DNA of 64,000 nt, from positions 93,439 through 157,438 of the forward strand of contig CBFGJV010000001.1 of assembly GCA_965649205.1 (NCBI GenBank), written 5' to 3'. The DNA is from a candidate division WOR-3 bacterium (GTDB lineage Bacteria > Hydrothermota > Tepidihabitantia > Tepidihabitantales > Tepidihabitantaceae). Under the pieces are notes generated by a model. That model saw only the letters and a program-made list of their open reading frames with translations, was not told where the DNA came from and did not search any database. This document shows, one piece after another, positions 1-10,538 of the stretch; within the stretch, counting starts at the first letter, position 1; every line of letters starts with the position of its first letter. The position numbers were made by a program, and so were the translations under genes.

Positions 1-1
1 T

Positions 2-277
2 CAGCTGCACGCAGACAGGACCTACCGTCAGCTGGAGCGTATCCGCGTGAGTGTTGACAGTTTACGTGCCAGCGCACAAAGCAGCCCGGATATGGCTCAG
101 AAGTTGGAAGAGTTTGATCGTCTGGTGGCAGCTGCAAAGGAGAAGTTGGAGCAGGTCAAGTCCGCAACGACTGTGCGTGACGCAGAAAACTGGCTCCGGG
201 AAGCAAAAGAATTGGTACGTCAGGCTCGCCGAAAATCTGAGCTAATTGGTGGTACACATCCGCTGCGCAGCAAATAG
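2..277 (+). CDS. Partial (5'-truncated) helical/coiled-coil hypothetical protein
   Basis: Frame is open from window start (QLHADRTYRQLERIRVSVDSL...) to TAG at 275-277; heptad-like K/E/A-rich sequence. Confidence 0.6.
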   Translation, partial: QLHADRTYRQLERIRVSVDSLRASAQSSPDMAQKLEEFDRLVAAAKEKLEQVKSATTVRDAENWLREAKELVRQARRKSELIGGTHPLRSK

Positions 278-303
278 CGTTATTGTGGACTGGCACCTCT
301 AAA

Positions 304-1191
304 TCAAGGCCAGCGATAGGCTAGACGAGCAGAAGGGGGCCAACCGAAAAAATTTTCTGCAGTCTCTTCCATCAATTGGAAAAGAAGAGAACGAAGCCTG
401 GGACGAGGTTTTATCAATTTTGGTTCGCCCCTCATCCCGCACAGATTGGCCGCGATGCGTTTGGCGTGTTCAAATGTGCCCAGACTGTCAATGAGGCCAT
501 AGGCTTGTGCTTGGCGTCCGGTCAGGATTCTTCCGTCAGCCACCGGTCTCAAGCTGTCCAGAGGTATCTTGCGTTCTTCGCTTACAATCTGGAGAAACTG
601 GTCATAAACGTCGGAAACCACAGATTGAAGAAGCGCTTTCTCAGTCTCTGTCATTGGTCGAAAAGGGGAACCGATATCTTTATGCTCAGCGGATTTCACC
701 ACCGCCACGTCCAGCCCCAGCTTCTCCATCAGCCCTTTGACTACGGGAAACTCCATGATTACTCCGATAGAACCGGTCAGTGTGCCAGGGTTGGCCACTA
801 TGACGTTGGCTGGGCAGGAAACGTAGTAACCGCCCGAAGCAGCCAGAGTTCCCATAGAAACAACCACGGGCTTACCTGATTTGCGCACTCGTTTCAGTTC
901 CGCATAAATTTCGTGTGAAGGAGTTACCGCGCCTCCAGGACTGTCCACACGAATTAGCAGCCCCTTCACCAGCGGGTTGCGTTCCAGCGAGCGAAGGTCG
1001 CGGATAAATTGTCTGGAATCTGAGATGGTACCTTTGACCTCCAGGTAACCTAGGCCGGTCCCCAAGCTGCCCCAGGAAGAATCCTGTCCCCTAATTCCTG
1101 AAACTATAAGTGCCCCAATGACAAAAAGGGGAAAGACGACCAGACTGCCAACAAGCGCAGCTATCAGAACAAGGATGCCTTTGCGGCTCAT
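304..1191 (-). CDS. sppA: Signal peptide peptidase SppA (S49, 36K type)
   Basis: N-terminal TM; RVDSPGG, SMGTLAASGGYY, TGSIGV, ADGRILTG motifs. Confidence 0.93.
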   Translation of the reverse strand: MSRKGILVLIAALVGSLVVFPLFVIGALIVSGIRGQDSSWGSLGTGLGYLEVKGTISDSRQFIRDLRSLERNPLVKGLLIRVDSPGGAVTPSHEIYAELKRVRKSGKPVVVSMGTLAASGGYYVSCPANVIVANPGTLTGSIGVIMEFPVVKGLMEKLGLDVAVVKSAEHKDIGSPFRPMTETEKALLQSVVSDVYDQFLQIVSEERKIPLDSLRPVADGRILTGRQAQAYGLIDSLGTFEHAKRIAANLCGMRGEPKLIKPRPRLRSLLFQLMEETAENFFGWPPSARLAYRWP

Positions 1192-1198
1192 AAAGGTA

Positions 1199-1271
<73 letters not shown>

Positions 1272-1359
1272 GTCAAACCACTCGTCAGCCAGGAGTATAA
1301 AACCTCTGTGGCTTTGTATCCCGTCACCTGGGAGAATAATAGAGAAAAGAACGCTTGGG

Positions 1360-2634
1360 TCAAGTTGCTCTGCGTCGGCGTATGCGAAGCTTGGCGGTGA
1401 AGACAAGCTCAGAGTCGAATAGGCGTGCGGCCGCCAGGATACAGGCTGCGGCGAAGACCGCCATATACCCGAAACCAACAAAGACAATGGAAGTCTGGCC
1501 AAGAAACAGGGCTCGCGGGGCAAGGAACGGGTAGGAGAACGGTATGGCATAAATCAGGAAGCGCAACGGAGCGGCCACAGTGGCTACATCAAAGAACATC
1601 GTGAAGAGGTAAGGAATCAGTACTAGAATCATTACTGGCGTTATGAACATTTGAGCACTTTTTGCATCTTCTGCAAATACAGCTAGCAAGGTAGCAAGCG
1701 AAAGCGCAGCCAGAACAGCAAGAAAGAGTGAGCATCCTATTAGAAGGAGCGATATCGGGTTGAATCCGATGTGGAGGCTGAATGGATTAATTCCCGCCGC
1801 CCCGCCCGCCGTATATCCGGCAAACGAACCCATATACCATATCATTCCGCCCATAACAATGCCTGCCACTATCAGAGCTATCAGGGATGCTCCTAGCATC
1901 TTCCCGATTACGATGCTGGTGTGCCTAATGGGAACGGTAAGCAGGGTTTCTAGGGTCTTGTTCTCTTTCTCCTGTCCGATAGAGGCGGCCACCATCTGGC
2001 TGGAGTAAATGATGACTAGTAGGAGGATGATGGGAATCATCATGGTTTGAGAAAACACATGGTTCTGGAGGGTTTGGGGAGAGCCTGGCACAACTCGGTC
2101 GCGCAGAACTACATATTCCCTTGCTCGCAGAGGAGTCTGGAGATTGGCGGAATTGACCGTCGGGTAGGCCTGCTCTAGATATTTTTGAACCAATAGCTGG
2201 TTTGCGCGACCAAGTCTGGCCTGCACTTCGAATCCTTTCATGGCCTGAGTTACCGAGAATCCTTGGAGGAAATTGAAAACACTGAGTTCGACAGTGGAAT
2301 AATTCTTCAATCTGTCTGACAAACCTTGGGGTATGAGCACAACCCAGCTGGCGTTGATTCTGGCTGCCAGATTAAACAAGGAGTCCGGGTTGGACTGGGC
2401 TACCAGAATGGCAACTTGATCCTCCGCTATGATTTGGGTTAGTTCCCGTGATAAGTCAGACTGATCCAGGTCGGATATCATGAATTTCTGCGGAGTCTGA
2501 TTGCGACGTCGCTCCGAACGTATGGCCTGACCCAGAAAGGCAAACACCACGGTCATTGCTACAAGCGGAACCAACATCTGGCGCGTGAGTAGTTCCTTTG
2601 CCTCCTTGATTACAATGGTAGCTATGTTTCTCAT
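1360..2634 (-). CDS. ABC-2 transporter permease (NatB-like)
   Basis: EKENKTLETLLTVP...GKMLG motif, about 6 TMs, overlaps the ATPase gene. Confidence 0.88.
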   Translation of the reverse strand: MRNIATIVIKEAKELLTRQMLVPLVAMTVVFAFLGQAIRSERRRNQTPQKFMISDLDQSDLSRELTQIIAEDQVAILVAQSNPDSLFNLAARINASWVVLIPQGLSDRLKNYSTVELSVFNFLQGFSVTQAMKGFEVQARLGRANQLLVQKYLEQAYPTVNSANLQTPLRAREYVVLRDRVVPGSPQTLQNHVFSQTMMIPIILLLVIIYSSQMVAASIGQEKENKTLETLLTVPIRHTSIVIGKMLGASLIALIVAGIVMGGMIWYMGSFAGYTAGGAAGINPFSLHIGFNPISLLLIGCSLFLAVLAALSLATLLAVFAEDAKSAQMFITPVMILVLIPYLFTMFFDVATVAAPLRFLIYAIPFSYPFLAPRALFLGQTSIVFVGFGYMAVFAAACILAAARLFDSELVFTAKLRIRRRRAT

Positions 2635-3350
2635 TTTGTCGCCGCCAGAAAAACCTCTTCTAGGTTACGAGCCCTGTAGCGAGTCTTGAGCTCTTCTGGT
2701 GTACCTTTTGCCACTATGCGACCCCGGTTGATTAGGGCGACACGGTCAGAAAGGAATTCCACCTCGAGCATGTTATGTGATGACAGAAGCACTGCGGTTC
2801 CTCTGGCTACAAAGTCACGGATACAGCTGCGAATCTCCATTGCGTTGGCCACATCCAGGCCCGAAGTAGGCTCGTCCAGTATAGCAAGTTTTGGTTCACT
2901 CATGAGGGAGCGTGCCAGAAGCAGTTTGCGTGTCATGCCCTTGCTATAGGTTCGAACTTTGTCCCGTAGCCGCTCCCCCAAAGCAGCAATCTCTGCTGCA
3001 CGGGCAACCATGCTATCGCGAGTTTGTGCGTCTTTCGTGTAGAAAGTAGCCATGAAACGTAGGTAGTCATACCCAGAGAGGTTCTTGTATGCCCCGGCTT
3101 CTTCGGGTAGATAGCTAATGATCTTTCGTACTTCGTCAGAAGCACGAACTACGTCGTATCCTAGGATGGTTACCGTTCCTGAGGTTGGACGAAGCAAAGT
3201 AGCAATGATGCGTAGTGTGGTAGTCTTGCCTGAACCATTAGGGCCGATAAGTCCGTAAACCTCACCCAGTCTCACCTGGAATGAAATACGCTGCAACGCC
3301 TGTACGTGTCCGTAATTGCGGCTTAAGTTTTCTACAATGCAGGCCGTCAT
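2631..3350 (-). CDS. ABC transporter ATP-binding protein (NatA-like)
   Basis: GPNGSGKT, YSKGM, ILDEPTSGLD, SSH. Confidence 0.93.
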   Translation of the reverse strand: MTACIVENLSRNYGHVQALQRISFQVRLGEVYGLIGPNGSGKTTTLRIIATLLRPTSGTVTILGYDVVRASDEVRKIISYLPEEAGAYKNLSGYDYLRFMATFYTKDAQTRDSMVARAAEIAALGERLRDKVRTYSKGMTRKLLLARSLMSEPKLAILDEPTSGLDVANAMEIRSCIRDFVARGTAVLLSSHNMLEVEFLSDRVALINRGRIVAKGTPEELKTRYRARNLEEVFLAATK

Positions 3351-3352
3351 TC

Positions 3353-4741
3353 TTACCGGGGTCTGAGACGGGGTCCCTGGGGTGTGTCTTCTACCGTCCA
3401 GCCGAGACTGGCTATTTCATTTCTGAGTCGGTCTGCATCAGCCCAGTTTTTGGCTGTGCGTGCTGCCTCTCTTTTTTCCACCAGCTCTTGTACCTCTCTT
3501 GGAACCGTCGGGATGGAGGAGATTAGCTTGTCTAAGCCCAGTCCTAGAACCCGATCAAACTCCATGAGTGTCACGCAAGCTCTCTGGTCCTGCCGCTGGT
3601 TGGCTTCTCGTATCATACCCCACAGTACTGCGAGGGCTTGAGGGATATTCAGGTCGTCTGCTATCGCTTCCTTAAATTCCTCTTTGTATTTCTGCGTCCA
3701 GTCTTCCGTAGTTGTCTGCCGAGGCCAGTTCTGGGCTGTGCGAATAAAATCCGTCAGCCCCCGCAGAGCATTCCGGGCGGCGGTCAGTGATTCTGTGGTA
3801 AAATTCAGTGGCGTTCTGTAGAGTGCGGTATGACACAAGTAGCGAAAAGCGATTGGATCATATCCTTGCTGTTGCAACTCGGATATGGTAATCAGATTAC
3901 CCTCAGATTTTCCCATGCGTTTGTCCCCAAGCTGAAGGAAAGCGTTGTGCATCCAATAGCGAACCACTTCGCGGCCATAGGCAGCGTAGTTCTGAGCTCG
4001 CTCATTGGTATGGTGGATGGGTATGTGGTCAATACCCCCTGTGTGAATGTCGAACTCGGTACCTAGGTATTTGATAGACATGGCGGAACACTCCAGGTGC
4101 CACCCCGGAAACCCTCGTCCCCAGGGCGAGTCCCATTGCATAAGATGATTGGGCTGATTTGTTATCCAGAGAGCAAAGTCCCATGGCTGTCTACGCTCTG
4201 GGTCAACTTCTACCCGGAATCCGGCTTGCTGCTCCTTCAGATTAAGACGACCCAGACGCCAGTAGTCCTCATATTTTGCAGTGTCGAAGATCAGTCCCAC
4301 ATTGGTGCGGTAGGTGAAACCATTGGCTTCTATTCGTTTGACCAGTTCAATCATCTCTGGGATGTGTTCAGTGGCGCGGCAAACTATGTGAGGGCGCAGT
4401 ATGTTCAATTTTTCCGCATCCTCAAAGAATGCCTTTTCGTAGAACCGGGCAATTTCCTCGGGCGTTTTGCCCTCGCGCCTAGCGCCCTTTTCCAGTTTGT
4501 CCTCACCGGTGTCCTCATCAGAAGTCAGGTGACCTACATCAGTAATGTTCATTACGTGCTTGACCCGGTAACCCAGATATTCCAATACTCGACGCAGAGT
4601 ATCGGCAAATACATACGCGCGAAAGTTTCCGATATGGGCGTACATATAGACAGTTGGACCACAGGTGTATATGCCGACTTTTCCAGGCTCAACAGGGGTG
4701 AAATCCTGTTTCTGGCGGGTCAGCGTATTATATAGTTTCAT
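3353..4741 (-). CDS. cysS: Cysteinyl-tRNA synthetase
   Basis: CGPTVY, HIGN, PGWHLECSAM, DIHTGG, KRMGKS (KMSKS variant). Confidence 0.97.
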   Translation of the reverse strand: MKLYNTLTRQKQDFTPVEPGKVGIYTCGPTVYMYAHIGNFRAYVFADTLRRVLEYLGYRVKHVMNITDVGHLTSDEDTGEDKLEKGARREGKTPEEIARFYEKAFFEDAEKLNILRPHIVCRATEHIPEMIELVKRIEANGFTYRTNVGLIFDTAKYEDYWRLGRLNLKEQQAGFRVEVDPERRQPWDFALWITNQPNHLMQWDSPWGRGFPGWHLECSAMSIKYLGTEFDIHTGGIDHIPIHHTNERAQNYAAYGREVVRYWMHNAFLQLGDKRMGKSEGNLITISELQQQGYDPIAFRYLCHTALYRTPLNFTTESLTAARNALRGLTDFIRTAQNWPRQTTTEDWTQKYKEEFKEAIADDLNIPQALAVLWGMIREANQRQDQRACVTLMEFDRVLGLGLDKLISSIPTVPREVQELVEKREAARTAKNWADADRLRNEIASLGWTVEDTPQGPRLRPR

Positions 4742-4749
4742 CCTGGCGG

Positions 4750-4778
4750 ATTCTACTCTCAGCGGATTAATTAGTCAA
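4750..4778 (-). promoter_or_regulatory. Sigma70-type promoter of cysS (near-leaderless)
   Basis: TTGACT-17nt-TAGAAT, then 8 nt to ATG. Confidence 0.65.
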
Positions 4779-4857
4779 AGGCGTTTTTGCTCCCGCGAGC
4801 TTCTTACCCTTAGCTTGACGCCATCTTTTGAAGCCTTATCCTAATGGCACGCAAGTT

Positions 4858-5937
4858 ATGAGTACTTTCCTTCTGTTTTTTTTGACTCTTTGTGTGCTTG
4901 CCTGTCTTTTGACACTGTTTCTCTTACTCACTCGTCTGAGTAAACGGGCCGAGGATTCTGTGGGCCTCCAGATGCTACAGCAGCAGCTAGAGGCCCTGCG
5001 TGAGCAAACCACACAGGCTCTAACCAGCAATACCCTGACCGTGAACCAGCAGCTGTCGACAGTTACTAATCAGGTGAACCAACGCTTAGAAGCACTCGAC
5101 CGCCGTCTTGAGTCCACGACAGGTAATATTGGCGAAAGGCTTGATAATGCTGCCCGGATAGTGAAGGAAGTTTCTACCAGCTTGGGCGAGTTGTCTCAGG
5201 CAACAGGGAGAGTAATAGAGGTAGGCCAGAACATTGCCTCCCTTCAGGACATATTGCGTACACCAAAGCTGCGTGGCGAGTTCGGAGAGTTGTTCCTTGA
5301 AAATCTGTTGCGTCAGGTTGTGCCTAACCACTACGAGACTCAATACCGTTTTCGGTCAGGGGAAAGAGTTGACGCAGTGGTGAAAGTTGGGGCAAGGCTG
5401 GTCCCTATAGATTCAAAATTCCCGATGGAGAATTTTCAGCGTATGATGTCGGCTCACACGGACGAAGAACGCAAATACGCACGCAAACAGTTCTTGAACG
5501 TCGTGCGTAAGCACATAGACGCCATTGCTGCCAAGTACATCAAGCCGGACGAGGGAACCTTCGATTTTGCTCTCATGTATACACTGGCCGAGAACGTGTA
5601 TTATGAGATTATTGTCAGACCCAATACAGATGAAGAGAGTATTTGCGAATACGCCTTGTCCCGTCGCGTAATTCCAGTCTCACCAAGTACGCTATTTGCC
5701 AACCTGCAGACCATCGTTCTCGGCCTGCGCGGACTCCAGGTGGAAAAGGAAGCGCAGGAGATTCTGGACCGCCTGCAGCGGCTTGCCCAAGACTTCGGGA
5801 GATTCCGAGAGGAGTTCGAAGTACTGGGAAACCACCTGAAAAACGCCCGCAACAAGTACGAAGATGCAGCAAGACGCCTGGGTTGGTTTGAGGATAAGCT
5901 AGTCATTCAGGTCGGCAAAAACAGGGAACAGACGTAG
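4858..5937 (+). CDS. rmuC: DNA recombination protein RmuC
   Basis: N-terminal TM and coiled coil; RGEFGELFLE, PIDSKFP, KYIKP.EGTFDFALM, SPSTL; ATG at 4858 preferred over TTG at 4828. Confidence 0.92.
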   Translation: MSTFLLFFLTLCVLACLLTLFLLLTRLSKRAEDSVGLQMLQQQLEALREQTTQALTSNTLTVNQQLSTVTNQVNQRLEALDRRLESTTGNIGERLDNAARIVKEVSTSLGELSQATGRVIEVGQNIASLQDILRTPKLRGEFGELFLENLLRQVVPNHYETQYRFRSGERVDAVVKVGARLVPIDSKFPMENFQRMMSAHTDEERKYARKQFLNVVRKHIDAIAAKYIKPDEGTFDFALMYTLAENVYYEIIVRPNTDEESICEYALSRRVIPVSPSTLFANLQTIVLGLRGLQVEKEAQEILDRLQRLAQDFGRFREEFEVLGNHLKNARNKYEDAARRLGWFEDKLVIQVGKNREQT

Positions 5938-6034
5938 CTGACCTTAAAGCACCACAGTACTGTTACTGACGTAGCGTCCTCTGACAGTCCTGAAGAAGTC
6001 AGGGGCTTGTACTCGGACAGCAGTTATTTTGCCG

Positions 6035-7414
6035 CTAGAAGCTGTCGGCGACGTCAGAAATGCGTACTTCTTCACAAATCATGTATTCGGGAACACTGAT
6101 AGCTGTTGGTTCACGACGGTCGTAAGTGCTGGAAACATTCACCGGCACGGAGTGCGAAGAAATGGCGATTACGTGGTTAAAGACCCAGGGAATGGTGTCT
6201 GTTACCCGTGTAGAGAAGAGAGGAGCCGCGAACTCTCCCTGCTCGATGCGCATCGCGTTGAAACGGGACGAACCAGTGAACAAGCCCTTGGTCGGATCGG
6301 GCATGTGAATGTAGTGCAGGTGAGGAATATACAGCGCATTCTCAGCAAGTTTCTTGCCGGCTTCTAATCCGGGAGGGGCATTCCCTGTAACAAGAACGAA
6401 ATCAGCGTTGCCGACATCGTGGCCGGTACGCTCTTTCCCGTATTTTGCGGCGGTGGCTGCATCGTACATGACACCGGCAAAAATGCCCTTGTCTGCCAGA
6501 ACAAATGGTCTCCTGCGTACTCCCGTGAAGTCAAAAGGCATGCCGAATACGTCCGGGTGCGTGGGATCATCCACAATTGAAATCGTGTCAGCAAATATCT
6601 TGTCCCCGAACTTGTTGTTGGAAGTGAAAGCACGCTTTTCTTCATATCCGCGCCCGAGGAAGCCTGACCATACCGCCAACATTACCAGTTCGCTTATGGC
6701 CTGAGGGCCAAAGAGTACTCTTTGGCGCCCAACCGGGGTTTTGTAGCCTGGATTCTTTTCATATACGGGCAGACGCGAAGAGAATTCAGCTATAATATCA
6801 TCTGCGCTTTCCGTGCCTGCTCGTTTTGCCGTGCGTTCTATCTGCAGTTCCCACTTCTTCTCCTTTTCTTTTAGCACCAGCGCAAGCCTAGAGTCCGTAA
6901 GACGACGGTAGGCTTCCTTGTCATTGGCAGTCGTTACATAGTACATCTCGGTAGCCCCCGACGACCAAGAACCGGAGAAGTCATACTTGCCCATGGGTTG
7001 CAGAGAACTTATAACTTTCTGACAAAGCCTGGTTTTATGTTCAGGGGGGAGGTTCTCTAGGAGAGGGTCGAAGCCGGTAGAATCATCTACCGATTCCTCG
7101 ACTGTGCCAAATATAGGTTCGTAGTCCTTGGGCAGAGCAGCACGGCAGTTCTCCGTGGCCCGCTGCAACACGTTTTTCAACTGGTCCAAGGAGGTTATGT
7201 CTGCAAGCACGCCAAAGCTGCCTACCCGGCGTCCGTCTTGTACTCGAATGTTGAGTCGAGTTAGCTCCTCATAGGTAGAGAGGGCAACCGAAGAATTACC
7301 TAGCCGTATAAGGCTGGACTTCTCGCGATGCAGGATGAATTCAGCATTCTGCCCTTGTTTTCTGGCATAGTCGCGACAGCTCAGTATCAGTTCGCGGACC
7401 CTGTTTTCCAACAT
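6035..7414 (-). CDS. TldE/PmbA-family protein
   Basis: IVDDPT...PFD.TGV and TGSSRF motifs, no HExxxH, directly downstream of tldD; start at ATG 7414 inferred. Confidence 0.8.
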   Translation of the reverse strand: MLENRVRELILSCRDYARKQGQNAEFILHREKSSLIRLGNSSVALSTYEELTRLNIRVQDGRRVGSFGVLADITSLDQLKNVLQRATENCRAALPKDYEPIFGTVEESVDDSTGFDPLLENLPPEHKTRLCQKVISSLQPMGKYDFSGSWSSGATEMYYVTTANDKEAYRRLTDSRLALVLKEKEKKWELQIERTAKRAGTESADDIIAEFSSRLPVYEKNPGYKTPVGRQRVLFGPQAISELVMLAVWSGFLGRGYEEKRAFTSNNKFGDKIFADTISIVDDPTHPDVFGMPFDFTGVRRRPFVLADKGIFAGVMYDAATAAKYGKERTGHDVGNADFVLVTGNAPPGLEAGKKLAENALYIPHLHYIHMPDPTKGLFTGSSRFNAMRIEQGEFAAPLFSTRVTDTIPWVFNHVIAISSHSVPVNVSSTYDRREPTAISVPEYMICEEVRISDVADSF

Positions 7415-7418
7415 TGTT

Positions 7419-8903
7419 CTACTCCTTTTCTCCGGTTTGAACGTTGGCAAAACGCATTACGGGGATACCATGGCCCAATTCCATGATCTGATTAGGCTCG
7501 CCTTTACCGCAGTTTGGCACCTGTTGCAGGCGCCAGGTGGAAGCGTCTCCGACCATGTCCAAAGAGTTCCAGAACTCCAGAGTATGTCCCTGGTATGTAG
7601 GGTTCTTGTAGACTCGTGTTCGCCTGCCGTTTTTGACCTCCCAAGCGATCTCGGTGGCAAAGTGAAAGTGTTCGCGATTAGACCCGATGGACCAAGAAAC
7701 TGGCACGTCCAGTATGATGCCGTCTTCTGTGGCCTCGACAATATCTTCGAGTGTACCGTCTGAACCGGGATCGATGTTGACATTGGTCATCCGGTCTATG
7801 GGAGTGCGATAGAAAGAAGTGGCACGGGCAGCAGTACCTGATTCGTGGAGTATGGTCCGTCCCGCCAGCGCATTTGCCTCTGCCAGATCGGCCCGAGAGG
7901 AAAGTACATTGACCAGGATGCCTTTTTCTATGAGGAGGTAGTCTCGTTGGGTAGACCCCTCGTCGTCATACCCGAAGGTCCCGGGCGAATTAGGAACTAT
8001 GCCAGCCCGGCAGTTCAATTTTTCTGAACCATAGCGCAGTTTACCTATATGTTCCAAGCGCACGTGCGACCCTCCAGCAAAAGAAAGCTCGTAGCCAAGA
8101 ATACGGTCTAGCTCCAAGGCGTGACCGATAGTCTCGTGCACCTGTAGAAATCCCTGGCCAGGCAGCAGTATCACATGCCGACGGCCAGGTGGCAGAGGTT
8201 CTGCAGCTACAATTAAAGCCAATTCCTCTTTTAGTCTTTCCGCATGAGCCGTAAACCATTCTGCCTGCTCCAACCACTCCCAGCCGCGACCGCCTGTTCC
8301 GTCGCCGTGTAACTCCATACTGCGGCGCTGAGTGCGACCGTCTCTATCCGGAGCCATTACGGTCATATCGGCGAATGTATTCAGTACCTGTCTCTCCACC
8401 TCGCTACCTTCGCTATTCCAATAGAATATCTTGCCGCGTTGAAAGTACAGCCATATGTAGCGATGAGCGACTGTATTAGACTTAAGCCGTTCATCCAAGG
8501 CTTTGAGAAAGTCCAGTTTTTCAGACAAAGGGACGGCAAAAGGATCGCGCCGGACTGGTGGACGGTACCGACCACTTACGGCCGGCGCCGGCCACATGGT
8601 TTTGGGAAAACCTGGCAACAAGGCGGCTGCTTCTGCATTGGCAAGTGCTCGGTCGAAACAGTCGGGGACACGAGTCAAGTCGGCCGTAGCCGCAAATCCC
8701 CAAGCTCCGTTTTTGAGTACTCGTACACCTATGCCTTTTTCGTAATTGCCCTCGTTTGCCTCTAGATCGCCATCATAGAGTACAAGTTGCTCGGAAGAGT
8801 CTTCGTCATAATAACGGGCATCAGCAAAGCAGCAGCCGGACTTTGCCATGCGGTCCAACTGCGACTTTACCAAGCTGGCAAGAGTAGTGATTTGCTGATA
8901 CAA
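7419..8903 (-). CDS. tldD: TldD-family metalloprotease
   Basis: HETIGH zinc motif, YDDEG, RMTNV, NCGKGEP; TTG start at 8903 after AGGAG. Confidence 0.9.
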   Translation of the reverse strand: MYQQITTLASLVKSQLDRMAKSGCCFADARYYDEDSSEQLVLYDGDLEANEGNYEKGIGVRVLKNGAWGFAATADLTRVPDCFDRALANAEAAALLPGFPKTMWPAPAVSGRYRPPVRRDPFAVPLSEKLDFLKALDERLKSNTVAHRYIWLYFQRGKIFYWNSEGSEVERQVLNTFADMTVMAPDRDGRTQRRSMELHGDGTGGRGWEWLEQAEWFTAHAERLKEELALIVAAEPLPPGRRHVILLPGQGFLQVHETIGHALELDRILGYELSFAGGSHVRLEHIGKLRYGSEKLNCRAGIVPNSPGTFGYDDEGSTQRDYLLIEKGILVNVLSSRADLAEANALAGRTILHESGTAARATSFYRTPIDRMTNVNIDPGSDGTLEDIVEATEDGIILDVPVSWSIGSNREHFHFATEIAWEVKNGRRTRVYKNPTYQGHTLEFWNSLDMVGDASTWRLQQVPNCGKGEPNQIMELGHGIPVMRFANVQTGEKE

Positions 8904-9020
8904 GTTTGCTCCTGGTTTGCTTAATCTACAAATATACATCATATTATGCCCTGCAGAAAGCAAAAAGCAAGCCTTGCTTGACAGACGGTACGGCCCGAAT
9001 AGATTGTAGCTGAGGAAGAC

Positions 9021-10526
9021 TTGAACAGTCAGCGCCCCGGTTTCCTTCTAACCCCAGCTCTGCTGGGGCTGGCTCTGCTAATGAGTGCCTGCGCCTACTA
9101 CAATACATTCTACAACGCCAAAAGCTACTATCGCGACGGAGTCAATCTAATTGCCCAAAAACAGGTCAGCAAAGCCAAACCTAAGTTTGAAAAGACAATC
9201 GAAAAATCTGCCCGCGTAATTTCCAACTGGCCCCGTTCGGCTTGGGTAGATGATGCTACTTACCTTATCGGGATGAGTTACTATCATCTGGGACAGTACG
9301 GCCGGGCCGCTAGACAGTTCGAGCAGCTTTCTCTGGCCTTTCCGCGCTCGCCGTTGGTGCCGCACGCAGAGTTACAGCGGGGTCTGGCGCTCTTCAGGGA
9401 TGGAGAGTACGGCCTAGCTTTGGTAGTGCTGGAGAATCTGCGCCACCGTTACCCGCGTATGGCTGATGCTGCTGCGTACCATGTAGCGGCTTCTTACTAC
9501 GATCGAGAGGATTATACCCGCGCTGTTGATTCTTTGGCAGCTTTCGTACAACACTACCCTCGTTCCCGTTATGTCCCCCTAGCTACAGAGCAGCTTGCAG
9601 CTTCGTGTATGCGGCTCAGACGCTGGGAGCAAGCGGAATACTGGTACCGTCGTCTGGTGCAGATTGCACGCGACCCGAAGCAACAAATTTCTGCGCGACT
9701 TGAATTGGCAGAGGCAATGTTGGAGCAGGCAAAGTACGATATTGCTGCCGAGCAGGCTAAGCAGATTCTGGGACGGTATCGAGATTTAGACGACCGCGCC
9801 CGGCTGATCTTAGGGAAAGCCGAATACGAGCAGGGGAAGCATAAACAGGCCTTGGAGACGTGGTCACGAATAAGAAGCAGCAGTGACTTTGGAGCCGAAG
9901 CGTTTTTCCGGATTGGCAGACACTATGAGGAACGCGGTGATTTTGTGAGGGCAAGAGCGTACTATGACACCGCCAAGACTCGACGGGCTGACTCTGACTA
10001 TGGTATGCTGGCGGTGAAAAGGCTGGCGCTGCTTGATGCAGTTGCGGGCGGGGACCTCACTGGCAGGTCTTCCGCCAAGGCCAGGTTTCTGCTGGCGGAG
10101 GTCCACAACCTGAATCTGGGAGACTATGATGGGGCCATGCAGTTGTATCAGTCTATCTACGATTCGTTTCCCGATACGGACTGGGCGCCCAAAGCTCTGC
10201 TGGCTAACGCGTGGATACTGAGAAAAGTAAAGGCGGACAGCGGCAGCGCGGCCTTACTGTTGAAGAAGATAATCGCCGAGTACCCAGACACAGAATATGC
10301 GGACGAGGCCAGACGCTGGATGGGTCTTCCGGTACCGAAACGCGTAGCCGCGCCGTCAAAACAGACGATACCTGCTGAGTCTGCTGGTTCTGGGCTTGGG
10401 TCTGAACCGCAACGTATTTCCAATTCCGAGACTAACAAACAAGAACCAAATACGTTGTTTCCCCAAATGCCGGACAAATTTCTAACACCTGAGTCCACAG
10501 AAGCTGAACCTGACTCCATTGACTAA
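9021..10526 (+). CDS. TPR-repeat lipoprotein (BamD/YfiO-like repeats)
   Basis: Lipobox LMSAC followed by AYYNTFYNAK; many TPR units with YPxS turns. Confidence 0.85.
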   Translation: MNSQRPGFLLTPALLGLALLMSACAYYNTFYNAKSYYRDGVNLIAQKQVSKAKPKFEKTIEKSARVISNWPRSAWVDDATYLIGMSYYHLGQYGRAARQFEQLSLAFPRSPLVPHAELQRGLALFRDGEYGLALVVLENLRHRYPRMADAAAYHVAASYYDREDYTRAVDSLAAFVQHYPRSRYVPLATEQLAASCMRLRRWEQAEYWYRRLVQIARDPKQQISARLELAEAMLEQAKYDIAAEQAKQILGRYRDLDDRARLILGKAEYEQGKHKQALETWSRIRSSSDFGAEAFFRIGRHYEERGDFVRARAYYDTAKTRRADSDYGMLAVKRLALLDAVAGGDLTGRSSAKARFLLAEVHNLNLGDYDGAMQLYQSIYDSFPDTDWAPKALLANAWILRKVKADSGSAALLLKKIIAEYPDTEYADEARRWMGLPVPKRVAAPSKQTIPAESAGSGLGSEPQRISNSETNKQEPNTLFPQMPDKFLTPESTEAEPDSID

Positions 10527-10538
10527 GCTTTTACTGCG

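Noticed and set aside
6035..8903. TldDE as part of a RiPP cluster
   Set aside because: No precursor peptide, YcaO or radical SAM gene adjacent; likely housekeeping
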